64,000 nt of DNA from an uncultured Gemmatimonadales bacterium. Lineage in GTDB: Bacteria > Gemmatimonadota > Gemmatimonadetes > Longimicrobiales > RSA9. Under the pieces are notes generated by a model, which was given only the letters and a program-made list of their open reading frames with translations, was not told the origin of the DNA and did no database searches. Positions 46,772 to 56,233 of the stretch are shown here, in pieces. Within the stretch, counting starts at the first letter, position 1, and each line of letters begins with the position of its first letter. Both the position numbers and the translations under genes were made by a program. The stretch lies in assembly GCA_963816355.1 (NCBI GenBank), contig CAWFKH010000001.1, positions 128,001 to 192,000 of the forward strand, given 5' to 3'.

Positions 46772-47617
46772 ATGAGCGGCGAACACCCTACGTTCGTGGA
46801 GATCCACAACCACCTGCTGCCCGGCGTGGACGACGGCTCGCGCTCTCTGGAGGAGTCGCTGCGCCACCTCCGCTCGCTCTTCGACGACGGCGTCCGCCGC
46901 CTCGCCTTCTCTCCCCACCTCTTCGGCTGGATCGCCGGCGAGCATGGCGGGGTCGACGGGCGCATCTCGGAACTGCGTCGCGCGTTCGAGCAGGTGCGCC
47001 GCGCCGTTTGCGACGAGAGCGGCGTGCCCGCCCTGACACTCGGACAGGAGGTGCTCCTGCGGTCCGCCGCGCTCGCGCGGCGCGTGGCCCGCGCTCCCGA
47101 CGTCGGCTACGCCGGCACCGCCTATGTCCTCCTCGAGTTCGGCTTCGACCTGCCGACCGACTGCGTCGCGATCGTGCGCGAAGTGCTCGACGCCGGCCGC
47201 CGGCCGATCGTCGCGCATCCCGAGCGCTACCGGCGCGACGGCGAGCGTGTCGACGTCGACGAGGTCGCGGCGTGGAAGGAGGCGGGCGCCCTCCTGCAGG
47301 TCAACGCAGGCAGCCTCGCGGGCAAATACGCGCCGGACATCGAGCGCCTCGCCTGGCGCCTCGTCCACCACGGCCTCGCCGACATCGTGGGCTCGGACAA
47401 TCACGCCGACTCGCGGCCGCAGTCGCCGCTCGAAGCACACCGGCTGCTTCACTCCGCCGCCGGCGAGAGCCTCGCTCGCTTGCTGCTTCATGAGAACCCC
47501 GGGCGGGTCCTCGACGACCTCGATCCGCGCCCCGTCCCCGCCGCGCCGGACGCGATCCCGGCGCGCGCCGCGGCGACGGACGAGGAGCGGCGACGGCGCG
47601 CCACGGCCAGAGGTTAG
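46772..47617 (+). CDS. CpsB/CapC-type PHP tyrosine-protein phosphatase
   Basis: IHNHLLPGVDDGS, SPH, GQE, IVAHPERY and GSDNH motifs. Confidence 0.9.
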   Translation: MSGEHPTFVEIHNHLLPGVDDGSRSLEESLRHLRSLFDDGVRRLAFSPHLFGWIAGEHGGVDGRISELRRAFEQVRRAVCDESGVPALTLGQEVLLRSAALARRVARAPDVGYAGTAYVLLEFGFDLPTDCVAIVREVLDAGRRPIVAHPERYRRDGERVDVDEVAAWKEAGALLQVNAGSLAGKYAPDIERLAWRLVHHGLADIVGSDNHADSRPQSPLEAHRLLHSAAGESLARLLLHENPGRVLDDLDPRPVPAAPDAIPARAAATDEERRRRATARG

Positions 47618-47816
47618 GCCGCCTCTCGATCGCACGGCCGGCCCCGGTGCCGGATCCCCCCGCGCCGCTGGGTATGGCGGTGCCGCCCACTTGCGCGCAA
47701 TAATGTCGTCGCGGACTGCTCTCCCGCCGACGCCGCCGGCCGTACGGTGGCCGACCTCCTTCAGCCGATGCCGGCCCACGCGCCGTCGCGCGCCCCGACC
47801 CAACGCCATGGAGGCG

Positions 47817-48272
47817 ATGATGAGGTCCCGGAGTTGGATGCCGTTCGTACTGTCACTCGCGCTCGCCGGCTGCGGCGGCGCCCCCGGCGACGCCGATGAT
47901 TCGGGTGTGCAGGCGGACTCGGTCGCCATGGCCCGCGCCGCGCTCACGCCGGCCACCTTCGATACGATAAGCTGGAAGACGCCCCAGGAGGCGGACGACC
48001 GCGGCGCCACCGTCTTCGCCTACAGTTGCCGCAAGTGTCACGGCGTGGGCGGCCGTGGCGACGGCGGCTTCGTGCTCCGCGGCGACACGCTCCGCCCGCC
48101 GTCCTTCCTCGCCCCTGACTGGCGCTTCGCGACCGACCGGCAGGGGCTGCGCGCCTACATTTTCGCCGGCAACACGAAGGGCATGCCGCACTGGGGCCTG
48201 GTCGGGCTCAAGCCGCGCGACGTCGACGCCGTCGCTGCCTACATCCAGGACGTGCTGCGACAGGGAAGCTGA
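47817..48272 (+). CDS. monoheme cytochrome c lipoprotein
   Basis: lipobox LAGC; CRKCH heme motif; GMPHWG axial Met. Confidence 0.87.
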   Translation: MMRSRSWMPFVLSLALAGCGGAPGDADDSGVQADSVAMARAALTPATFDTISWKTPQEADDRGATVFAYSCRKCHGVGGRGDGGFVLRGDTLRPPSFLAPDWRFATDRQGLRAYIFAGNTKGMPHWGLVGLKPRDVDAVAAYIQDVLRQGS

Positions 48273-48371
48273 GCGGCCGCGCGCCGCTTCTTCCCACGTT
48301 TCGATTGTTCGGCGGACGGCCCTCGGGCGAGGGACGTCCGGGCAGGGTTCCCCCCTTCCAGCGAGGTACAC

Positions 48372-48926
48372 ATGCGCTTCTCCCCGAGCGTTATGACCGC
48401 GGCTCTCACACTCCCGCTCGTCTTCGTCGCGTGCCAGCCGCAGCCGGCGGATCAGATGGCCGGCACCGACTCGACTGCGGCGGCGATGCCGGCGAACGAC
48501 GCCGACGCGACCGCGGCGATCGACAGCCTCCGCAGCATGGTGCAGAGGGCCTACAATCAGGGCGATCGAGCGCTGCTCGCGAGCGCGTACGCGGACGACG
48601 CGATCGAGATCGGCCCCGATGGCAGCATCGCCCACGGCGGCCAGGCGATGGCCGACGCCGCCATGGCGGACACCACGATGCGCGTAAGCGACCTCAAGAT
48701 CTCACCCGACGAAGGCGGTACGACGGTCGTCGGCGACGTCGCCTACGAGAGCGGCACGTTCACGGAGACGGTCACGCCGGCCGCGGCGGGAGCCAAGCCG
48801 ATGCAGGTGAGCGGCCGCTATCTGGTGGTCCTGCGCCGGCAGCCCGACGGGAGCTGGAAGATCGCGCGGGACGCGGACGTGATGAGCGCCCCGCCCGCGG
48901 GCGCCAGCGGATCCGGCAGCGACTGA
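48372..48926 (+). CDS. SnoaL/NTF2-like (DUF4440) lipoprotein
   Basis: lipobox FVAC; YADDA, GDVAYESGTF and GRYLVVLRRQPDGSWKI motifs. Confidence 0.85.
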   Translation: MRFSPSVMTAALTLPLVFVACQPQPADQMAGTDSTAAAMPANDADATAAIDSLRSMVQRAYNQGDRALLASAYADDAIEIGPDGSIAHGGQAMADAAMADTTMRVSDLKISPDEGGTTVVGDVAYESGTFTETVTPAAAGAKPMQVSGRYLVVLRRQPDGSWKIARDADVMSAPPAGASGSGSD

Positions 48927-48930
48927 CGCC

Positions 48931-49185
48931 TCAAGGCAGCTCCTCGACGCCGGTCGCGACCGCGCCGGCGTCGGGGACCCCCCGGTAGCGGACGCGCAGC
49001 CGGACGGCGCCGTCCCGCCAGCGCTCGAGTTGCGCCGTGCTCGCCCGCCGCTTCCCCACCGTGAAGAGATAGCCGCGCCCGACCTCGTCCACGACGCGGA
49101 TCCGGTCCTCCTGCACGATCGTGATGCGGCCGCTCACCACGGCCTCGCCCTCGCCGTCCATGCCTCTCTCGCCCTCGCCGCTCAT
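48931..49185 (-). CDS. small hypothetical protein (84 aa), last gene of the fdh operon
   Basis: ATGA overlap with the nrfD stop; GRITIVQEDRIRVVD…YLFTV. Confidence 0.7.
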   Translation of the reverse strand: MSGEGERGMDGEGEAVVSGRITIVQEDRIRVVDEVGRGYLFTVGKRRASTAQLERWRDGAVRLRVRYRGVPDAGAVATGVEELP

Positions 49186-50300
49186 GCTTCCCACCCTTCG
49201 CCGTCCATGCTTACCACGCCCTCGCCGCTCACGCTTCCCCGCTCCTCGTCCAGACGGGCGTTCACCCACGTGTCCGCCGGCGTGTCCGCCGATCGGCGCC
49301 CCTCGTGCGTGATCAGCAGCCGCATTGCAAGGCTTCCCGCGACCGCGAGCCCGGCGGCGAGCAGGGTGCCACGCGAGCGACGTCGCCCACGGCCGAACCC
49401 CTCGACGGCCCGGACGGCGAGCGGCGCGGCGACCCCGGCGGCGAAGGTGAGCCAGCGCGCCGCGCGCAGGGTGGGCGGCTCGTGCCGGGCGGATGGCAGG
49501 GCGCTCCTGGCACGCGCGCGGTCGGCGATGGCGAGGCCCAGCTCCGCCGAGAGCGCGATCGCCTCGGCGCGCGCCAGGCGGCGCTCCGCCTTGCCCGCGG
49601 CCTCGCCGCCCGCGCGCACGGCGCCCGACACGGCGGAGAGACCGCTCGATACCGCGGAGGCGACGAAGAGCGGGGAGAGCAGCGAAGCGCGCCGGTTCCA
49701 CGTCGGAACGCTCGTCGAGGAGAGCAGCACTCCGGTGTAGCTGCCGACGAAGAGGCCGAGCGGGACGCCGGCCACGTGCAGCAGCCGCCCCACCACGCCG
49801 CGCGACCAGCCAGCGAACGGCCAAACTCCGCCATCCTCGGCGAGCTGGAGCGCCGCGCCCGTGCCCGCGACGCCGCCGAACGCGGCGAGACCCCAGGCCC
49901 CGAGACTCATCGCGGAGCTCGGGCGGATCACGCGCAGCATGTTCAGGAAACGCTCCGGCCTGCCGAGATCCGCCACGAGCAACGCGGAACCGAGCGCCGT
50001 GCTCCCGGCGCTGATGTAGCGCGCCGCGCGGACGACGTCCCGATCGCCGCTGCCGGCCACGTCCTCGAGCGCCGCCGCCAGCCACGCCCCGCCCGCGATG
50101 CCGCCGAGCCAGAAGTAGACCGGGATGTACTGCATTTCCCACGGCGGCTTGCTGACGGGCGGGACGCCGCTCGGCGAACGGTCGCGGTCGAGCCCGCCAC
50201 GTGAGCGCCGGCGGCGGGCGACGGCGCCGCCGACCTCGGTGCCCGCGCCGCCGACCTCGGTGCCCGCGCCGCCGACCTCGGTGCCCTCGCCGGCCGTCAC
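49182..50300 (-). CDS. nrfD: NrfD/PsrC-family membrane subunit
   Basis: PPWE..IPVYFWLGGIAGG, DLGRPERFLNML, S.MS.G.W.L and YTGVLL..TSVP.W motifs; GTGA overlap. Confidence 0.9.
   Translation of the reverse strand: MTAGEGTEVGGAGTEVGGAGTEVGGAVARRRRSRGGLDRDRSPSGVPPVSKPPWEMQYIPVYFWLGGIAGGAWLAAALEDVAGSGDRDVVRAARYISAGSTALGSALLVADLGRPERFLNMLRVIRPSSAMSLGAWGLAAFGGVAGTGAALQLAEDGGVWPFAGWSRGVVGRLLHVAGVPLGLFVGSYTGVLLSSTSVPTWNRRASLLSPLFVASAVSSGLSAVSGAVRAGGEAAGKAERRLARAEAIALSAELGLAIADRARARSALPSARHEPPTLRAARWLTFAAGVAAPLAVRAVEGFGRGRRRSRGTLLAAGLAVAGSLAMRLLITHEGRRSADTPADTWVNARLDEERGSVSGEGVVSMDGEGWEA
50224..50286. repeat. 21-bp perfect tandem repeat x3 encoding (GTEVGGA)3 at the NrfD N-terminus
   Basis: gcgccgccgacctcggtgccc x3. 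Confidence 0.9.
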
Positions 50301-51370
50301 GACCGCTCTCCGCTGAGGTACGCCAGCGCGCCCGCCACGCCGAGCGCCGCGGCGGTGAGCAGGCCGCGGGCGAGGCCCGGGGCCGTGCTCTCGGAGGGCC
50401 GCTTCGGCGACGGAGGGAGGTTGTAGACCTCCGGCCGATCGATCAGGAGGAAGAACGAGTTGAGGCCGCCGAGTGCGCTCGTGTCGCACTGGTCCTCGAG
50501 CGGTCCGCCGGAGCCGTAGAGGTAGGCCGGCACGCCGCGCGAGCGCAGATGGCGGACGCGCTCGTGCGCCGTCTGCAGCAGATCCTCGATGCGGCCGAAG
50601 CGGATCGAGTCGGTGGGGCAGCTCTTCGCGCACGCCGGCTCCAGCCCGTCCTTCATGCGGTCGTAGCAGAGCGTGCACTTGTGCGCTTTGCCATCGCCTT
50701 CGCGGTCGATGGCGACGACGCCGAACGGACACGCCGGGACGCAGTAGCCGCACCCGTTGCATACGTCCTGCTGCACGTAGACCGTGTCGAACTCGGTCCG
50801 GATCAGCGAGCCGGTCGGGCACGCCTCCAGACACGGCGCGTGCACGCAGTGCTTGCACACGTCCGACATGAAGATCCACCGGTTGCCCGGCTGCGCCCAC
50901 TGCTCGCTCGTCGTCAGATTGCCCCACGGCTCGAACGCGGCCGGCAGGTTCGCCGCCGCCGCCATCGCCGCCGCCCCACCCTCGCCCGCGTCTGCACCCC
51001 CCGCCGTCGCGCCGCTCGGAGAACTCGCGCCGCTCGGAGAACTCGCGCCGCCCGGAGAAGCCGCGTCGCCCGGTGCCAGCACCGCTTCCGGCACCGTCAC
51101 CTCGGGCACGCCAGCGAAGCGATCGCGGTCGAACTGCTCGATGAAGTAGACGTGGCGCCACGTGCTCGCGCCGAGCCCGCCGGTGTTGTCGTACGAATGC
51201 CCGGAGAGCGCGAAGCCGTCCGCCGGCAGCTGGTTCCACTGCTTGCACGCCACCTCGCACGCCTTGCACCCAATGCAGAGCGTCGTATCGGTGAAGAACC
51301 CGTACGCCACCCCCGCCTCGATCGTCGTCCCCGCCGTCCGCTCCGCCTCGTCCCGCCACCGCTCTTCCAT
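50297..51370 (-). CDS. formate dehydrogenase iron-sulfur (beta) subunit
   Basis: CIGCKACEVACKQWN, CKHC..APC..ACP, CNGCGYC..ACP and KCTLC.DR…PACAKSCP motifs; C-terminal TM; AGGAGG RBS. Confidence 0.92.
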   Translation of the reverse strand: MEERWRDEAERTAGTTIEAGVAYGFFTDTTLCIGCKACEVACKQWNQLPADGFALSGHSYDNTGGLGASTWRHVYFIEQFDRDRFAGVPEVTVPEAVLAPGDAASPGGASSPSGASSPSGATAGGADAGEGGAAAMAAAANLPAAFEPWGNLTTSEQWAQPGNRWIFMSDVCKHCVHAPCLEACPTGSLIRTEFDTVYVQQDVCNGCGYCVPACPFGVVAIDREGDGKAHKCTLCYDRMKDGLEPACAKSCPTDSIRFGRIEDLLQTAHERVRHLRSRGVPAYLYGSGGPLEDQCDTSALGGLNSFFLLIDRPEVYNLPPSPKRPSESTAPGLARGLLTAAALGVAGALAYLSGERS

Positions 51371-51383
51371 GCACCCTCCTGCA

Positions 51384-51507
51384 GACCCCGGACCCCAGAC
51401 CCCAGACCCCAGACCCCAGACCCGCGAAGGTCCGCCCCGGCGGACCGAGCCCCCAGACCCCCGAACCCCAGCCCCCCCCAGACCCCACATTCCAGACCCC
51501 AGACCCC
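51384..51507. repeat. heptamer (GACCCCA)n arrays flanking a GC hairpin, between the fdh alpha and beta genes
   Basis: about 6 units at 51384-51423; hairpin ggtccgcc-cc-ggcggacc at 51429-51446; degenerate units at 51450-51507. Confidence 0.88.
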
Positions 51508-51529
51508 TCTCCACCACCCGCACCTGTCC

Positions 51530-54500
51530 TCACCCACCCCCGCCCACGCGCCCACACCTCAGATCACACGTCAAGGTCTTCCCCTCGTGGATCGTCACGT
51601 TCGGCTCTCCCACGAGCGCGACGAGGTCGTTCGCCGAAGCGCCCCGCGCGATGCCGCCGTAGCCGAAGTGCCACGGAAACCCCACCTGGTGCACGACGCG
51701 GCCGTCGATGCGGAGCGGCCGCAGCCGCCGCGTCACCAGCACGCGCGCCTCCGCCTCGCCGCGCGCGGTGCGCAGCGTGACCCAGCCGCCGTGCTCGACG
51801 CCCTTCTCGGCGGCGAGCTCCGGGCTGATCTCGACGAACGCCCCCGGCTGCAGTTCGGCGAGCCACGTGTTCCAGCGGGTCATCCCACCGCCGGTGTGGT
51901 GCTCGGTGAGGCGGTACGTGGTGAGGACGTAGGGGAACTCCGGGTTCGCCACGCCGTTGTACGGGTTCCCCTCGACGTGCCACGTCTTCGCCGCGGGATT
52001 GCGGTCACGGCCGCCGTAGATCGGATTGTGGACCGGCGACTCCCACGGCTCGTAGTGCGTCGGGAGCGGCCCGTCCTTCAGGCCGAACGGGAAGAAGAGC
52101 CACGCCTTCCCCCAGGACTTGAGGATGAAGGGCGAGTCGCCGCCCAGCCGCTCCATGCCCTCCGCGTCCGGCCGAGTCGGCGTGTCCGGCGCCTTCTCCT
52201 CGGGGAAATCGGGCTGGTCCTTGCCGCTCCAGCGCTCCCGCTTCGCGTCCCACCAGACGTATCGCTTGCGCTCCGACCACGGCTCCCCCGCCGGGTCGGC
52301 CGAGCAGCGGTTGTAGAGCATGCGGACGTTGTTCGGCCACGAGAACCCCCAGTTGGGCGCGATGTAGCCGTCGCCCGGGTCGCGGGAGCGAGCGCGGTTG
52401 CGGCCGGGATGCAGGCCGCAGTAGATCCAGCAGCCCGACGCGGTCGAGCCGTCCGCCTCCAGCTCCTTGTAGCCGGAGAGCTGCTCGCGGCCGGACCACT
52501 CCCGCGCCCAGCGGTAGCCGCTGATCTCGCGCACGACATGGTCGATCGACGGCTCGCCGTCATCCGTTTCCGGGTAGTCCCACGTGAGCGCGCGGATCGG
52601 CTCGTCGCGGGCGTCGTCGCCGTCCGCGTACAGCGCCCGCACACGCTTGAAGAGCTGGTGCATGAACCACGTCTCGGAGCGGCAGTCGCTCGGCGGCTGC
52701 ACGGCGCGGTCGTGGAACTGGATGAGGCGCTGCGTGTTCGTGAAGGAGCCGTCCTTCTCCGGCACCGTCGCCGCCGGCAGCAGGAACACCTCCGTTCCGA
52801 TCTCCTCCGGCCGCACCGCGCCGTCGCGCACTTCCGGCGAGTCCTTCCAGAAGGTCGCGCTCTCGATCTCGAAGATGTCGCGCACGACGAGCCACTTCAG
52901 ACGAGCGAGCCCGGCGCGCTGGAAGCGCGCGTTCTGGCCGCCGACCGCCGGATTCTGGCCCATCAGGAACAGCCCCTCCATGCCGCCGTCGTGCATCTTC
53001 ACGAACATCGGCATGTGCGAGTGGTCGCCGGTGATGCGCGGCAGCAGGCCGTAGCCGAAATCGTTCTCCGCCGTCGCGCTCTCGCCGAACCACGCTTTCA
53101 GCAGCGAAACCAGGTAGCTGCGCGCGTTCGCCCACAGGCCGCCCTTGCCCCCCTCGTTCCACACGTACGTCTCCAGGTCCGCGTCGATCGGCGAGTTCGC
53201 GGGCGCGTGGAGGTAGCCGGGCAGCAGGTCGTACAGCGTCGGGATGTCGGTCGACCCCTGGATCGTGGCGTGCCCGCGCAACGCCTGGATCCCCCCGCCG
53301 GGACGCCCAATGTTGCCCAGCAGTAGCTGCAGGATCGCCGCGCTCGCGATGATCTGCGGCCCCGTCGTGTGCTGGGTCCAGCCGACGGCGTAGCAGATCG
53401 CGCTCGTGCGCTCCCGTCCCGAGTTGCGCAGCAGCGCCTCCGCGAGCGCAACGAAGCGCCCGCGCGGTACGCCGCACGTCCGCTCGACCGTCTCCGGCGT
53501 ATACTCGTCGAAGTGGCGCTTCAACACCTGAAGCACGCAGCGCGGGTGCTCGAGCGTGGGGTCGGAGCGCGGCACACCGCCCTCGGTCTCGCCCGTGCGC
53601 GGCCCCAGGGCCTGCGTCTGCTTCACCGCCGAGATCTCCTCCTCGCCCTCCTTCGTCTTCGCCTCCCGCCGGTGCCCCGCGTACTGCCAGCTCTCCGGGT
53701 CGTAGCGGCCCTCCTCCTCCAGCCAGCCGGAGAAGTAGCCGCCGAGCTCGGCGACGTCACGGAAGTCGTCGGAGACGATGTCGGCGGCGTTCGTGTAGTG
53801 GCCGACGTACTCCCTGAAGAACGGGTCGTCGTTCCAGCGGTCGCTGTGGAGGACGTAGCGGATCAGGCCGCCCAGGAGGGCGATGTCGGAGCCGGCGCGG
53901 ATCTGCAGGTACTGCGTGGCGTGCGCGGACGTCCGGGTGAAGCGCGGGTCGACGTGGATCACTTCCGCGCCTCGCTCGCGCGCCTTCATGACGAAGCGGA
54001 AGCCGACCGGGTGCGCCTCCGCCATGTTGGAGCCCATGATCAGCAGGCAGTCCGCGTTGGCGAGGTCCATCTGGAAGGTGGTCGCCCCGCCACGACCCAT
54101 CGGCGTCCCCAGACCGGGGACCGTGGCACTATGTCATATGCGGGCCTGGTTCTCGACGTGCACGATCCCGCTCCCGACGCAGAACTTCTTGATCAGGTAG
54201 TTCTCCTCGTTGTCGAGTGCGGCGCCGCCCAGGAAGCCGACGCCCGACGTGTGGCGTACCGGGCATCCCTCGTCGTCTTCGGCCACCCACGTGCGCTCGC
54301 GCGACTCGGCGAAGCGGCGGGCGATGCGGTCCATCGCCCACTCGAGGTCGACCTCCTCCCATTCCGTTCCGTACGGCCGCCGGTACAGGGTTTTCGTCAG
54401 GCGCCGCGGATTGATCGTGTACTGGAAGATCCCGGCTCCCTTCGGGCACAACGTCCCCTCGTTGATCGGGCTGTCCGGGTCCCCCTCGACGTCGACCACC

Positions 54501-54742
54501 TGCCCGTCCCGCGTGTGGACGAGCGTGCCGCACCCGACCGCGCAGTACGGACACACGCTCGGGACGGTGCGCACGCCGTGCAGGCGGGAGCGCAGCGACC
54601 GCGTGCGGTCGGAGATGGCGACGTCCTCGCCCGGCTCGCCGGAGGTGTCGAAGCTGCCGCCGCCGAGCGCGCGCGCGGCCTGTCGCGCCGCGGGCCAGCG
54701 GGAGACGATGCGGTCGAGCAGCGGGAGAGGGCGTCGTCTCAT
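51530..54742 (-). CDS. fdnG: selenocysteine-containing formate dehydrogenase alpha subunit (Mo/W-bis-PGD, FdnG-like); in-frame UGA at 54134-54136
   Basis: CPYCAVGCG…LCPKG; NQARI-TGA-HSATV joins the two listed ORFs in frame; SNMAEAHPVGF, GWTQH and LRGH..IQG motifs. Confidence 0.93.
54105..54121 (-). promoter_or_regulatory. bacterial SECIS hairpin
   Basis: GUCCCC-GGUCU-GGGGAC starting 12 nt 3' of the UGA. Confidence 0.82.
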
Positions 54743-54856
54743 CGGGGGCGGACCTCCGTGCGAGTTGGGCGTCGGTGCGGGACCGGACTCTTTGCGCGGC
54801 GATCGCCGCCGTGCAGCGGGCGCATCTTCACGGCCTCACCGCGAGCACGTCGCCGC

Positions 54857-54872
54857 TGCCGGATCCGTGCCA
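54857..54872 (-). promoter_or_regulatory. putative sigma54 promoter of the fdh operon
   Basis: minus strand TGGCACG-gatc-CGGCA (GG-N10-GC). Confidence 0.5.
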
Positions 54873-54889
54873 ACGTAGACGACGACGCG

Positions 54890-56233
54890 CTACGGTGCGA
54901 CGCGGCTCCGCCCACCGCCGCGCCACAGGCCGAGTGCGAGGCCCACGTGCGCCGGCAGCGCCAGGGCGATGATCTCGCCGTTCGTCTGGTCCAGTCCGGG
55001 CAGCGCCTGCAGCACGAAGCCGAGCACCGCGAGTGCGGCGATCGCCGCCGCGAGCACGCGCGTCGCGCGCCGCATGCGCCCCCACGCGTACGCGGGCAGC
55101 AGGACGACCAGCGCCAGCGCCAGCGGATCGAATTGCAGCACGTTCTCGTTGTGGTGCGCAGCCCAGTGGTCGGTGAAGCCCCAGAGGAAAAGGAGCAGGA
55201 GGCCGAAGAAGCCGATCAGCATCGACCACGTGGCGCCCAGCGCGCCGAACAGGAGGCGGCGCCGGCGGCTGCGCTCGATCCCCGCCGCGCCGCGGTAGAG
55301 GAGGAATCCGACGGCCACGCCCAGCACCAGGTAGAACGGCCACCAGCGCGGCGGCCGCCGCGGCACGGGCGGCCGCGAGGCGTCGAAGAGCGTGGTCTCG
55401 CGGACGACCAGCGGCCGCGTCGTGCCGTCCGGACCGGTCAGGTCGATGTCGCGCAGGTGCTCCATCAACTGGAGCGGAAGGAACATCTCGTCCCACACCG
55501 AGATCGGCCGGTCCACCGCCTCGCCGAGCCCGAGCTCCGTCCCGGTGTAAACCAGCGGCGCGGCCTCGGTCAGCATGCGCGTGTGGTCCCGGTACGTCAT
55601 GCGAGCGCGGCGGTCGGCCGTCTGCGCCCGCAGCGCGCCTCCCGTCACGACGTCGATCGCGTCGCGCACGCGCGTCGTGCAGTTGTCGCGGTAGTAGTCG
55701 TAGCGGTAGAAGCGGTTCTCCGGCCGCGCGTTCCACTCCAGGAAGCTCTGCAGCTCCACGCGCTGGCGCGGCGTCAGGTCCAGCTCCTGCGCCCACACCG
55801 ACCGGTTCTGCGCCGCGTACGCGCGGATCATCGCGTTCGCGTCGAACCCCTCCATCCAGTACTCCATCCGACCCAGGACGAAGTTCGGAAGGAAGTGCGG
55901 CGCCTTGAAGTCGAACATCCCGTAGTTGTACGCGACGTCGGTGCCCTTCGCCTCGTCGTGGATCCAGATCGCGTCGTGGCCGAAGCGCTCCCACACCGCA
56001 TCGCCCGGGCCGAACGTGAGCAGGAACACGCGCAGGTAGAGTCCGGCCGCGTCGGCCATGCCGGCCGGCGTCCGGCCCGGCGCCTGCCCCGGCCGCGCCG
56101 ACGCCGCCGCCCGGGCCATGCTTCCGGCCCGGGCCGCGATCCCAGCCGAAGCCGCGAGCGCCGCGGCGGGTTGCGGGAGCGCCCCGAGCGTCGCCAGTGC
56201 GGCGAGCGCGAGCGCGGCGCGAGGCCGCGTCAA
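54890..56233 (-). CDS. DUF4105 (Lnb-like) membrane protein
   Basis: FGHDAI, YNYGMFDF, Q.LDLT and Y.YDYYRDNCTTR motifs; C-terminal TMs. Confidence 0.85.
   Translation of the reverse strand: MTRPRAALALAALATLGALPQPAAALAASAGIAARAGSMARAAASARPGQAPGRTPAGMADAAGLYLRVFLLTFGPGDAVWERFGHDAIWIHDEAKGTDVAYNYGMFDFKAPHFLPNFVLGRMEYWMEGFDANAMIRAYAAQNRSVWAQELDLTPRQRVELQSFLEWNARPENRFYRYDYYRDNCTTRVRDAIDVVTGGALRAQTADRRARMTYRDHTRMLTEAAPLVYTGTELGLGEAVDRPISVWDEMFLPLQLMEHLRDIDLTGPDGTTRPLVVRETTLFDASRPPVPRRPPRWWPFYLVLGVAVGFLLYRGAAGIERSRRRRLLFGALGATWSMLIGFFGLLLLFLWGFTDHWAAHHNENVLQFDPLALALVVLLPAYAWGRMRRATRVLAAAIAALAVLGFVLQALPGLDQTNGEIIALALPAHVGLALGLWRGGGRSRVAP

Noticed and set aside
54134..54742. Separate 202-aa ORF upstream of the fdh alpha gene
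   Set aside because: It is the N-terminus of the same protein; the stop is a Sec UGA with a SECIS
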